Origin: Lingula anatina
Taxonomy: Eukaryota; Animalia; Brachiopoda
DNA length: 64,000 bases
Direction of reading: 5' to 3'
Assembly (NCBI GenBank): GCA_051362555.1
Contig: CM120649.1
Coordinates: forward strand, 1-64,000
Below the pieces are notes generated by a model, which was given only the letters and a program-made list of their open reading frames with translations, did no database searches and was not told the origin of the DNA. Position numbers and translations under genes: made by a program. Each line of letters begins with the position of its first letter. Position 1 is the stretch's first letter. This document shows positions 26,322 through 40,100 of this stretch, one piece after another.

Positions 26322-27500
26322 GGCCCGTATTCCAGAATCTCCCTTTAGCGTTAAGGCAGACTTAAAGTCGACCTTATGCGAAATTTGTATTCCAAGACCT
26401 TTCTTTATCTCACTTGAAAGGAATCACTTAACAATCATCCTTAGCAAAGGAATCGGTCATTTCTAGAATCTGCCTTTGCTTAAAGATTTCCTTTATTTTC
26501 GGCTGAGGATTCCTTCAAATGTAAGGTTGGTCTGGAGTAACTTTTAGTCTTCCTTAAGCAGCCATCGTGTACATTTCTCTTGTGAAAATCAGCTCCATGG
26601 AGGACTATGTAAACCAACATGCCTACCTAAATTCAAAAACATTAAATTCAACTAGAAAAAGCACTCCGAGAGCGGAGACCTCCGCCAAGGCAGCAAAGTC
26701 TCCACCCAATTTTCATTCTATAATGATTTAGTTTTTTATTTTTGATTATCGATAGATTATTTATCCGGATCACCACCAAAAACTAATCATCTGTTCCTTG
26801 GCCCACTTGTGACAGTTCCTGAAAATTCCATCACAATCGGCCGATAACTTTTTGAGTTCTTTTTGATTATTGATTATTGATTGATTATTGATCTTGATCA
26901 CCACCAAAAACTAACCACTTCTAATATAATCCATTTCTGACCTACCCTGAAAATTTCATCAAAATCGGCCTGTAACTTTTTGATTTTATGTTGATGACAA
27001 ACAGACAGACAGACAGACAGACAAACAGGGATGAAAACATAACCTCCTTGGTGGAGGTAACAAAAAGACAGACAAACAAACAGGGGTGAAAACAGCCTCC
27101 TTGGCGGAAGTAATACATTTGCTCGAGGATAGGCTTTTCTCTGTTGACTAGTTGCATCAGTAGCTGCTTTTCGATATCAGAAAAGGGATAATGTCCATAT
27201 GCACTGTTGCATGACTGAAGTTGATCAGTTGACCCCAATTATACAACATTACTGAGGCGTTTTTACCAAGGAGGGTGTCACAAAGGCCTACTCTAACCAA
27301 TGAGGAGCTCCTTTATGTCAGTGCCCCTTACCTAAAGACTGACTTTTGTCAAAGTAATTCCTTATCAAAGGAGAGGCTAAAGTGTGGTCTTAGCATACCA
27401 TTTCGTTAGGCCTTCCTTTACCAAGGAACACCTCATCAAAGGAAGCCTTTATAAAAGTTGACCTTAGGCCTATTTTAAGGAACATCTTGGAATACGGGCC
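26322..27500. mobile_element. PIF/Harbinger-like non-autonomous element
   Basis: 13-bp TIR ggcccgtattcca / tggaatacgggcc with 3-bp TSD cta on both sides. Internal subterminal ttaagg/ccttag motifs. Confidence 0.8.
26650..27114. mobile_element. Helentron-associated (HINE/DINE-1-like) element nested in the Harbinger-like element
   Basis: Subterminal inverted repeat acctccgccaagg / ccttggcggaagt, a (GACA)n tract, and a terminal hairpin aacctccttggtggaggt present twice (~27040 and ~27095). Confidence 0.75.
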
Positions 27501-27650
27501 CTAGTGTGTTTTCCTCAGAGGATCAAATGTTTTATTTCCTCTTAACATTTTGTAATAACTATTTTAATAACTATCTCATTAAACGTTTTAGCTATGTATG
27601 TTATTGTAAAATCCAAGTATTTTAATAGCAAAAAAAAAAAAAAATAATAA

Positions 27651-28108
27651 TTCAAAGGTAGTCTAATATTACTTACTGTTCTAACATGTGGATTGACAAC
27701 GTTTTCCCATGTTTAATTGTCGTGTTTTCTTTCTTCACTCTCCCGCCATCCGCGCCATATACCACTGGTTAACGCACGAAGACGTGTCGTGTGAGGCCTA
27801 AATATGGCGGCTATATGGCACTTAGGACCAGGAACTAGGTGTCATATTAGTCCAGAGAGTTTGTCAATAATATAAAAAAAAAATAATATTATTGACAAAC
27901 TCTCTGGACTAATATGACACCTAGTTCCTGGTCCTAAGTGCCATATAGCCGCCATATTTAGGCCTCACACGACACGTCTTCGTGCGTTAACCAGTGGTAT
28001 ATGGCGCGGATGGCGGGAGAGTGAAGAAAGAAAACACGACAATTAAACATGGGAAAACGTTGTCAATCCACATGTTAGAACAGTAAGTAACATTAGACTA
28101 CCTTTGAA
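27651..28108. repeat. Near-perfect palindrome: 223-bp arms, 12-bp A-rich spacer
   Basis: 27651-27873 is the reverse complement of 27886-28108, with one mismatch seen (taatatt vs taatgtt). Confidence 0.97.
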
Positions 28109-31100
28109 ATTGCCATATAAACACACAGTTCACAAATGTAGTCCATGCAGCAAGATGGAAGGTATAAATCCACCTCATATTGTGTGGTGTAATTTTGTCG
28201 GTCAGCTTCATTCGATATTCATACAAAGAAATTAAGAAGTGGGAGCTCAAAGCCAGCTAGGGCGCTACAGCAGATCTTATATAGTTGCGTTTAAACTAAG
28301 CTTTCATATACATTGAAATAATACAAGACAGTGGTACAATCTGTTATATGAAAGGAATTATATCTTTAATGAAGATGGATGTTTGAATTTGCAGTGAAGT
28401 AATTTCAGTTAAACAGTAAGTATAACTATGCCAAAGGAACTGGTGAAAGATATTTGAATTGTTTGATTTATAATAGTGATTAATCCTAAAAGAGTAAAAG
28501 CTTAAATATATGAATAAAGCATCCTAATTTTTCTGTATATTTTCATGCAGATGTACAGAGGTCACTACATATGACAAGAAGATGGATCCTCGACTAACAT
28601 CTCTGATGGCACAGTACAATGGCCTGCAGGCTCCTATCCCTTATGTGCAGCCAAACCCTACTGCTATGATACCTGGTGCATACGGTGGTATGGGCTTGTC
28701 TCCTGGCCTTGCTACGACAGGCCCCTATAGTGTCAGCCAGGACCTCCAGCTACTGAGAGCTATGGGACAGGAGAATGTGATCTTCAACAGGACAGAGGGG
28801 CCTGATGAAATGACTGCAGAGATTGGAAAGATGGCACAGGAAGGGGTGGAAGAAATGAAAAGGTTATAGTCAACATTTCATAGAATAGATGATATAAAGA
28901 ATGTGAATATATGACCAACTTGATGTATCTTTTGAAAATTATTTTATTGAATTAATAATATTTCTTAAGGAAAAAAATTATAAATAATGTAGAAAAAAGA
29001 AAATACAATTTCCAATTTTATGTGGATAGTTTCACCATTAACAGTGAGTGTTAAGATCATTTATGCAGTGACATGTTTCAAAATACATGTCTTGAAACCG
29101 TGTTCTAGTTATAAGCTGTTTCACCAGATACTCGTAGGTATTCTGTCAACTAATTTTTTACTGGTGATGTTGAATGATTGATGTTTTGCTGATCGTTTAT
29201 ATTTTACAGTGATGAGGTGTTCTCTACTTACAAACACAACCCAATACTCCCGGACAGTCAGGAACACCCAGGAGATATAGTAGAGGCTGGCTCTCTGGCT
29301 GTAAGTATATAAATACAACCTAATACTTCCAGACAGCCAGGAACAGGCTGGCTCTCTGGCTGTTAGTATATAAATACAACCCAATACTTCCAGACAGTCA
29401 GGAACAGGCTGGCTCTCTGGCTGTAAGTACAAAATTAATATGCACAATATTGTGTAGTCATTGTTTTTCATTGCCTTGTTTTATTAGACCAAAAAATGGA
29501 CTAGTCTTTTGTGGCCATGATAGTAAAATCTGCCACATAAGGTAGTAGTTCAACCAAATGACAAAGTTTGGCTGTTTTAAGATGGGAAGGAAGTGGCTAA
29601 TGTTTCAGACCTGTACTTCCTTTAAGAGTTCTACTATTTACATTTACCTTGACTTGAAGTAGACCAACTTTTTAGCTAACTGTAACAAGTTTGTTAAACC
29701 ATCCTGAGATTTCCCCAGGGTTATGTCATTGTCAAGGTGTTGATATAACCACCAGTGACCAGCCTAACACCACATTAGGAGGACGTGATACTGCAATGGC
29801 CATAACATTGTCAAGGTGTTGATATAACCACCAGTGACCAGCCTAACACCACATTAGGAGGACGTGATACTGCAATGGCCATAACATTGTCAAGGTGTTG
29901 ATATAACCACCAGTGACCAGCCTAACACCACATTAGGAGGACGTGATACTGCAATGGCCATAACATTGTCAAGGTGTTGATATAACCACCAGTGACCAGC
30001 CTAACACCACATTAGGAGGACGTGATACTGCAATGGCCATAACATTGTTTGCTCAGAAATAGACTAAAGAAATTCTTTGTTCAATATGTTAAAAGTTCAA
30101 TATCTTAATAATAGTAAATACACAAAAATTACTATAACTCAGTACTTTGACACCAAGTACTGAGAAGTCAGTATCCTGTGAATTCAGCTGAAGAATCTTT
30201 TGAAAATTCTCTACTTGCAGGAATCATTTTTGTTGAGAAATGTCGTGTTTATATTTCCACAATTGTCCTCTATATTTTAAGAGATAAATATCATGTTTAT
30301 ATTTCTCTACAGGCCATCTCTCTTCCTAAACCAGAGTACAACCTGTATGCATCCATTCCTAGTGACATCATCAGCAGCTGTAAACTGAGCAGTCTTCAAC
30401 TTGAAGGGATTCTCTATGCTGTAAGTATACCACCCCATATCAACACTACCTATGGCATGTACAGTGTTGTAAACTGTTGTAGTGCATGTTGTCATTTTGA
30501 AGTTCAGAGCTGGTGTGTGTCAGCTTCCTCAGTTTCAAATATCTAAATCAATTAAAATACTCATCTGATATGTAAAACAGCTTTGGAACTCTGAAGAGAA
30601 ATTTGAAATAGAAGCTGGCATGCAGCAAATCTTAAACTTAGATTATCAACATATGGGTTCTGAAACAGACACTTATTTTCAGTTTATATCATTTTTCACA
30701 ATTAGGAAAATTACAGATCAAATAAACACTGAAATGTCTTACATTAAATCTTAAAATATAAGAGGTTATGAACTTATGAATAACAAACATTTTCTAATTA
30801 TTATCAAAATTGAAGTTAGCTTTGTGGCAAAACTTAATAATTAAATTAATAAAAGTTTTAATTAATTTTAAACCCCCTTACTAAAATTTTCCTTGCTTGT
30901 GTTGCAGTAAAGGTAATAATGTTAACTAGTATTGACTTTGAAAACTTGTTTTTAGTGCCAGCGTCACCAGCATATTTTACCTGATGGAAGAAGAGCAGGG
31001 TTCTTCATGGGAGATGGGGCGGGTGTGGGTAAAGGAAGACAGGTAGATATCATGGGAGATGGGACAGGTGTGGGTAAAGGAAGACAGGTAGATATCATGG

Positions 31101-34100
31101 GAGATGGGGCAGGTGTGGGTAAAGGAAGACAGGTAGATATCAAGGGAGATGGGACAGGTGTGGGTAAAGGAAGACAGGTAAATATGACAAAGAGAATATT
31201 GCATAAAGTTACGGACTTATTTGAAGATAAAATTCTATATTTAATTTCTCACATGACACTGCCTTCATATAACTGTTGTAAGCACTGAAAACTTGGCATA
31301 AATAGAAACATTTTCATTAAAAATATATGCATTTAAAACAAACAAACAAAAATTATTGCACAGGTATTGTGTTTGTTTCTTCAAGTATTTGCTTATAGTG
31401 CATTTCATGTTCTCAGGCATTTCAAAATTTGTGGTAAAATAATGAAGCATTCATATTAACTGAGTGATGAAATCAACTGGTAACATGCATTGAAACAAAT
31501 GCAGATTTATGGTATCTTACCTTTCATCTCCAGATAGCTGGGATTCTCCTGGACAACTTTGCTCGTGGTCGAAACAAACACATCTGGTTCAGTATCTCTA
31601 CTGATCTGATTGTTGATGCTAGAAGGTATCTCATAGTAAATTATTTAAAAAAATTATATGTAAGTCGCTAATAATTGAAAGGTCCTTGAAAACATTGGTT
31701 TTGATATTTTATTTATTTGTTATTTATTTATTAAATAATACAATATATTGTTTGTTGTGTTATTATATACACAACTGTTGAAACTGAATTTTGTTACAAT
31801 CTTTGCAGTTAAAAATATATTTATGAGAAAAAAACTTAAGTATTCTGATTCAGAACATCAGCCCTTAACACCCTGTACATCTTGTCTCCATCAATATAAT
31901 ATATTTTACTGATATATGTAGGGATCTGACTGAATATAATATATATTACTGATTTATGTAGGGATCTGACTGACATAGGCTGCCACGTGAAGGTCATTGA
32001 AGGCTGTCAGCAACTGGACAGAGAAACAAGGTAGGTGAAATAGAGCAAAGACGTGTTTACAACAAGGCCAGTTATTCCCAGCCATTTACTATGTTCTTGT
32101 CTAAGTCCGTACTGATGTGAACTTGGCCTTTAAGGTAAAGGGGTGAAGTTTTGATACAAAATTCTCCAAGAAAAGGGGAATCAATTTTTGTATTGATGCT
32201 AAAACCTTTTTATAACATTTTGACTAATTGTAATGTATAAATCACATCATTGTATGATTTTAGTATTTAATTATTATTTCCAGAGTTCTTGGTCTGCCAG
32301 CAGGGTTTAAAGAAGGAGTCATCTTCAGTACTTACGCAACACTGGTGTCATCTGTGCAGAAAGGTATAGAGCTAGTGTACATCCTTTCAGGGTCTTACCA
32401 CAAAAATTATTGTCATTCAAAAAAATCTGTTTAATATTTATTAGATGTTGAATGTAATATATGATACTGATCCTGCCATTCCCATTACATTATTGAGATT
32501 TTCCAAAAAGTGCTATTTTGGAGCATTTCTTGACCTTGGTATACTTATATTTATTGAGTTTATTTTTACTATTTTGCTTCCTAGGTGGCAGTTCAAAGCA
32601 ATCCAGGCTTAAACAGCTGGTGGATTGGTGTGGGGGAGAGGACTTTGATGGATGCCTCATATTTGATGAATGCCACAAAGCAAAAAATTTTGTCCCTGTA
32701 AGTTTACAAAAATGTTTCTAGGCAGATCTCTGAGTTAGAGAAAGGTACTTAAAATATTTTTCATGAAGGCTGATTTTGTAAGCTGTGAACATAAGACACA
32801 TGTCCGTCTCAATTTTTGTACCACATACTAGTAGACTGCATATACTATCTTATGCCTGGATGATTTCACTATTTTAGGGCAAAGAGCAAGCCAGCACCAA
32901 GGTGGCCATGGCAGTTGTCACAGTGCAGAGGTAGCCAGTGTTGAATTAATTGACAGATTTATTTTCTTATCTAAGAGTGAAAATTGAAAATTTTAATTGT
33001 AATAGTTTAAGTATAATCAGATTGATTCATCTAAATGAATTTTGAAAGAAAATGTTTCCTTCATTTGTACAGAATTTAGTTTTTATTATACATGATCTAC
33101 ATGTATTTGCAATTATCTACTTGTTTTAGGGCATTATTTTCCAAATAGTTAGTTCTTTGTTAAAACATCCTGTGAATCAATGTTCTTTGATTAAGTTTCA
33201 CATTTCACTGCTTATAAAATTAGTGTAATTGTCAGACTGATTATCTCTGCATTCTAGGTTATTGAGGGTAATTTAACTATTATCTCTACATTGTAGGTTA
33301 TTGCCAAAAGCTCGTGTAGTGTATTGTAGTGCCACGGGTGTCACTGATGTTAAGAACATGGTGTGTATTTTGAATGGTCTCTTTGACCTTAGTAAGGATT
33401 GAAAACCATTTGATTGAACCTTATATGATGCTTGACAACTAAATATATTAAAATGAAGGACTCTTTTTTTATATATCATTTTATATTAATTCAGGTGTGA
33501 TTTGTTGTAATAAGACAGTTGTTTTCAGGGATGGGATTTTGTTTCTTTTTAATGGATTAAACAAATTTTGTAATAAGTAAACTTAAAAGAATAGCATGAT
33601 TTTGCCAAAAATTCAGAAAACAGTAGTTTGTTTCCAACCTCTTTTGTATTCCCAGTGTCTACTTTTAAACTTGATTCGTCATTTTTTTCTTTTCTTCCTT
33701 ATTTGATGTAATTTATGTAACTGTTCAGGCATTTATGGAGAGGCTTGGACTGTGGGGAGATGGAATGCCTTTTAAGTCATTTGAACACTTTATGGAGTCT
33801 GTGCACAGAAAAGGGTTGGGTATGTATTTTATCTTTAGGGAGTCTGTACACAGAAAAGGGCTGGGTGTGTATTTTATTAAGGTTTCTGTGACATAACAAT
33901 TTGACATGACTATGACCCAGCAAATTATTTACTATCGAACTTTTTTTTTTTACATTTTTTGCTTTAAATCAGTATTTTACAACCTTTAATCCTGTTTGTT
34001 ATATAAAGAGGGTAATAAATAAAAAATAATACTTTAATAATAAAGATAATAATAATAAGTTACTGTTACTGTACCAAGGCTGGTTTGATGGGAATGCATT

Positions 34101-37100
34101 TGAGCCAGACTTGGTAATATTGGCTGTTTACAGAACAGCAGCTATTTTTAATGAGTGATTTCCCCCCAGCAGCAGCATTTCTATTAGAAAGTCCTTCCTC
34201 ACTAATTCCTGGTGAATCTTGTATTGAATTGCTTCATCCTGGGATTTTTCATAATATGGTTTATAACAGACAAAATATGTGTGTATTTTAATGTCCTGCA
34301 TTAATTTTAAATGTATTATTAATATATTTACACCAGGGGTTGCGGAGATGTTGGCCATGGAGATGAAGTCTTCAGGAATGTACGTCTCTAGAGGTCTGAG
34401 TTTTAAACAGGCAGAGGTAAGATGGTGAAGTTCAAAATGAATATTTGTTTGTTCATTTTCTTAATCTATTGGCTTGTTTTATATACAAATATCTTTTTCA
34501 TATAATTGTGTATTTTTGTAAGGTTAGTCATTTAATAATCTGTTTCACTTATTTGTCAACATATGTTGCAATTGGTTAAATCTAACTACAAATCCCTACA
34601 TTGCAGAACAAAGAATGGTCCAATCATTTGAAATTCATTTAATACATTTACCATCTTTGAAAAAATTTGATTCACACTTAAAGTCGTGATTGTTTGTATT
34701 TTTGCCTTTGAAGTCCATTTCATCTCCTTCAGTTCATGACGGTAGAAGCTTCCCTGACTGAGGAACAGATACAGATTTATGACACAGCAGCCCATGTGTG
34801 GTAAGACATATGAAGAGATCAAATGTTGAACCCATTGACAAATAGAATCTCAGGACTGGTGATAGTGTGTGACATAAATGACCAATAACTTAAATACTGG
34901 AGATAAACTGTGGCATACGAGTAGTTGAAGAGAAGAATACAGAAAGAAAATCATTTTTAGACAATGTTTAATTGTCCATGTATACAGAGGTTCATTTACA
35001 ATCACTTTTGCTTTGTGAGTGTGCTTTTAAGATGGAGGTAAAATGAGCATTAATAAATTGCCAGAGTTAAAATCTACTTACATTTTAAAAAGTCATTTTA
35101 ACCACAAGCTTTAGAAATATTCCTTTGTAAATGTCAAACCCTTTTCTTGTTGCCATTTTAAAATCCTCAGTTTGCACCAGGGATCCTAACCAGAATGTGG
35201 GAAGGCACTAACTACATGTACATGTACCTGCCATACATACCTATGAGGCAGATGTGGCAGAACTAATCTATTATCTGCCATACATACCTATGAGGCAGAT
35301 GTGGCAGAACTAATCTATTATCTGCCATACATACCTATGAGGCAGATGTGGCAGAACTAATCTATTATCTGCCATACATACCTATGAGGCAGATGTGGCA
35401 GAACTAATCTATTATCTGCCATACATACCTATGAGGCAGATGTGGCAGAACTAATCTATTATCTGCCATACATACCTATGAGGCAGATGTGGCAGAACTA
35501 ATCTATTATCTGCCATACATACCTATGAGGCAGATGTGGCAGAACTAATCTATTATCTGCCATACATACTTATGAGGCAGATGTGGCAGAACTAATCTAT
35601 TTCCTACCAAAATAATGATGTCATCAACATTATACACCAGGGTGTGTATAAGGATAATGGCTGAAAGCTCTTGGGATTTCTTTCCAAAGTTTTAGTCCTG
35701 AGCACCAGAATAGTAGAGAATATCTTTTTAAAACATACTTTATTTCAGGAATGAGCTGAGAAAAGCTCTGGAGAGTGCTGTTGTGAGAACCAATTGTTCC
35801 AATACCAGAATATGGTCCCAGTTTTGGTCTTCCCACCAGAGGTTCTTTAAACAACTTTGGTAAGGCTCTGCATGGAAAAAACTTGATTTCCAGGTGATAA
35901 ATTTATTTTAGAGATCAAGCTTATCAGTACTCTCTGATCTTTGCCAGGTATTTTAACATACAGGGTATATGTTTTTCTTTTTTTTTTTTCAAATGTGGAC
36001 TAAAATATTTTTATGCACAAACTTATTCCCATGGAGAGATGGAATTCTGTGATTTTGATTTCAGTTCTAATGGTTCCCAAGATTGCCTATTGTTGAAAGA
36101 ATGATCACAATAAATGTTCAGAGATTTAAAAATGCTCAGGTCATGTGTGATATTTATAAATCAGTATCAAAGAAATGAAATCGTATGAAATGAATGACAT
36201 GAACTCTTGTGTTTGCAGCATGGGAATGAAGGTACCCACCATTGTATCTGAGGCACAGCAGGCTCTACAGGATGGCTTCTGTGTGGTGATTGGATTACAG
36301 ACAACTGGAGAGGTAAAATATTTCTGTTTTCTGTGTGGTGATTGGATTACAGACAACTGGAGAGGTAGAACTTTTCTGTTTTCTATGTGGTGATTGGATT
36401 ACAGACAACTGGAGAGGTAAAACATTTCTGTTTTCTGTGTGGTGATTGGATTACAGACAACTGGAGAGGTAAAACTTTTCTGTTTTCTATGTGGTGATTG
36501 GATTACAGACAACTGGAGAGGTAAAACTTTTCTGTTTTCTATGTGGTGATTGGATTACAGACAACTGGAGAGGTGAAACATTTCTGTTTTCTATGTGGTG
36601 ATTGGATTACAGACAACTGGAGAGGTAAAACTTTTCTGTTTTCTGTGTGGTGATTGGATTACAGACAACTGGAGAGGTAAAACTTTTCTGTTTTCTATGT
36701 GGTGATTGGATTACAGACAACTGGAGAGGTAAAACATTTCTGTTTTCTGTGTGGTGATTGGATTACAGACAACTGGAGAGGTAAAACATTTCTGTTTTCT
36801 GTGTGGTGATTGGATTACAGACAACTGGAGAGGTGAAACATTTCTGTTTTCTATGTGGTGATTGGATTACAGACAACTGGAGAGGTAAAACTTTTCTGTT
36901 TTCTGTGTGGTGATTGGATTACAGACAACTGGAGAGGTAAAACTTTTCTGTTTTCTATGTGGTGATTGGATTACAGACAACTGGAGAGGTAAAACATTTC
37001 TGTTTTCTGTGTGGTGATTGGATTACAGACAACTGGAGAGGTAAAACATTTCTGTTTTCTGTGTGGTGATTGGATTACAGACAACTGGAGAGGTAAAACT

Positions 37101-40100
37101 TTTCTGTTTTCTGTGTGGTGATTGGATTACAGACAACTGGAGAGGTAAAACATTTCTGTTTTCTGTGTGGTGATTGGATTACAGACAACTGGAGAGGTAA
37201 AACATTTCTGTTTTCTGTGTGGTGATTGGATTACAGACAACTGGAGAGGTAAAATATTTGTTTTCTGTGTGGTGATTGGATTACAGACAACTGGAGAGGT
37301 AAAACTTTTCTGTTTTCTATGTGGTGATTGGATTACAGACAACTGGAGAGGTAAAATATTTCTGTTTTCTGTGTGGTGATTGGATTACAGACAACTGGAG
37401 AGGTGAAATTTTTCTGTTTTCTCCCATCAGAATATATCCCCAAAGAGCACTTTTTTTATTTTAATGTGTTTTTTATTAAACTTTTTTTATATAAGAGTAT
37501 TTGTAAATATGTGAAGTTCAGATTTACCTTAAAAAAGGTTTATCATGATATTGATATTTAAAAAGTTTCCCTCAATATTTGCTTTGTAAATCAACAAATT
37601 CTGTGTTTTAAGTTCAAGTAATTTGGGCAATTAGCCAGGACCGGATTTAGGAATTTATTTATGAACTGAATTGTAAAATAGCAAAGAATATTTTGATATA
37701 ACAATTAGTTGGTGATATATACAGATTGTACTGTGTGATATAATAATTAGTTGGTGATATATATTGTACTGTGTGATATAATAATTAGTTGGTGATATAT
37801 ATTGTACTGTGTGATATAATAATTAGTTGGTGATATATATTGTACTGTGTGATATAACAATTAGTTGGTGATATATATTGTACTGTGTGATATAATAATT
37901 AGTTGGTGATATATATTGTACTGTGTGATATAATAATTAGTTGGTGATATATATTGTACTGTGTGATATAATAATTAGTTGGTGATATATATTGTACTGT
38001 GTGATATAACAATTAGTTGGTGATATATATTGTACTGTGTGATATAATAATTAGTTGGTGATATATATTGTACTGTGTGATATAATAATTAGTTGGTGAT
38101 ATATATTGTACTGTGTGATATAATAATTAGTTGGTGATATATATTGTACTGTGTGATATAATAATTAGTTGGTGATATATATTGTACTGTGTGATATAAC
38201 AATTAGTTGGTGATATATATTGTACTGTGTGATATAATAATTAGTTGGTGATATATATTGTACTGTGTGATATAATAATTAGTTGGTGATATATACAGAT
38301 TGTACTGTGTGATATAATAATTAGTTGGTGATATATATTGTACTGTGTGATATAATAATTAGTTGGTGATATATATTGTACTGTGTGATATAACAATTAG
38401 TTGGTGATATATATTGTACTGTGTGATATAACAATTAGTTGGTGATATATATTGTACTGTGTGATATAATAATTAGTTGGTGATATATATTGTACTGTGT
38501 GATATAATGATTAGTTGGTGATATATATTGTACTGTGTGATATAACGATTAGTTGGTGATATATACAGATTGTACTGTGTGATATAATAATTAGTTGGTG
38601 ATATATATTGTACTGTGTGATATAATAATTAGTTGGTGATATATATTGTACTGTGTGATATAACAATTAGTTGGTGATATATATTGTACTGTGTGATATA
38701 ATAATTAGTTGGTGATATATATTCTACTGTGTGATATAATAATTAGTTGGTGATATATATTGTACTGTGTGATATAATAATTAGTTGGTGATATATATTG
38801 TACTGTGTGATATAACGATTAGTTGGTGATATATATTGTACTGTGTGATATAACGATTAGTTGGTGATATATATTGTACTGTGTGATATAATGATTAGTT
38901 GGTGATATATATTGTACTGTGTGATATAACAATTAGTTGGTGATATATATTGTACTGTGTGATATAACAATTAGTTGGTGATATATATTGTACTGTGTGA
39001 TATAATAATTAGTTGGTGATATATATTGTACTGTGTGATATAATAATTAGTTGGTGATATATATTGTACTGTGTGATATAACGATTAGTTGGTGATATAT
39101 ATTGTACTGTGTGATATAATAATTAGTTGGTGATATATACAGATTGTACTGTGTGATATAATAATTAGTTGGTGATATATATTGTACTGTGTGATATAAT
39201 AATTAGTTGGTGATATATATTGTACTGTGTGATATAATAATTAGTTGGTGATATATATTGTACTGTGTGATATAACAATTAGTTGGTGATATATATTGTA
39301 CTGTGTGATATAATAATTAGTTGGTGATATATATTGTACTGTGTGATATAATAATTAGTTGGTGATATATATTGTACTGTGTGATATAACAATTAGTTGG
39401 TGATATATATTGTACTGTGTGATATAATAATTAGTTGGTGATATATACAGATTGTACTGTGTGATATAATAATTAGTTGGTGATATATATTGTACTGTGT
39501 GATATAATAATTAGTTGGTGATATATATTGTACTGTGTGATATAATAATTAGTTGGTGATATATATTGTACTGTGTGATATAACAATTAGTTGGTGATAT
39601 ATATTGTACTGTGTGATATAACAATTAGTTGGTGATATATATTGTACATACTGTGTGATATAATAATTAGTTGGTGATATATATTGTACTGTGTGATATA
39701 ATAATTAGTTGGTGATATATATTGTACTGTGTGATATAACAATTAGTTGGTGATATATATTGTACTGTGTGATATAACAATTAGTTGGTGATATATATTG
39801 TACTGTGTGATATAACAATTAGTTGGTGATATATATTGTACTGTGTGATATAACAATTAGTTGGTGATATATATTGTACTGTGTGATATAATAATTAGTT
39901 GGTGATATATATTGTACTGTGTGATATAACAATTAGTTGGTGATATATATTGTACTGTGTGATATAACAATTAGTTGGTGATATATATTGTACTGTGTGA
40001 TATAATAATTAGTTGGTGATATATATTGTACTGTGTGATATAACAATTAGTTGGTGATATATATTGTACTGTGTGATATAATAATTAGTTGGTGATATAT

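Noticed and set aside
29718-29812. H/ACA snoRNA at the 79-bp array
   Set aside because: A hairpin and a terminal ACA are present, but no convincing H box or second hairpin.
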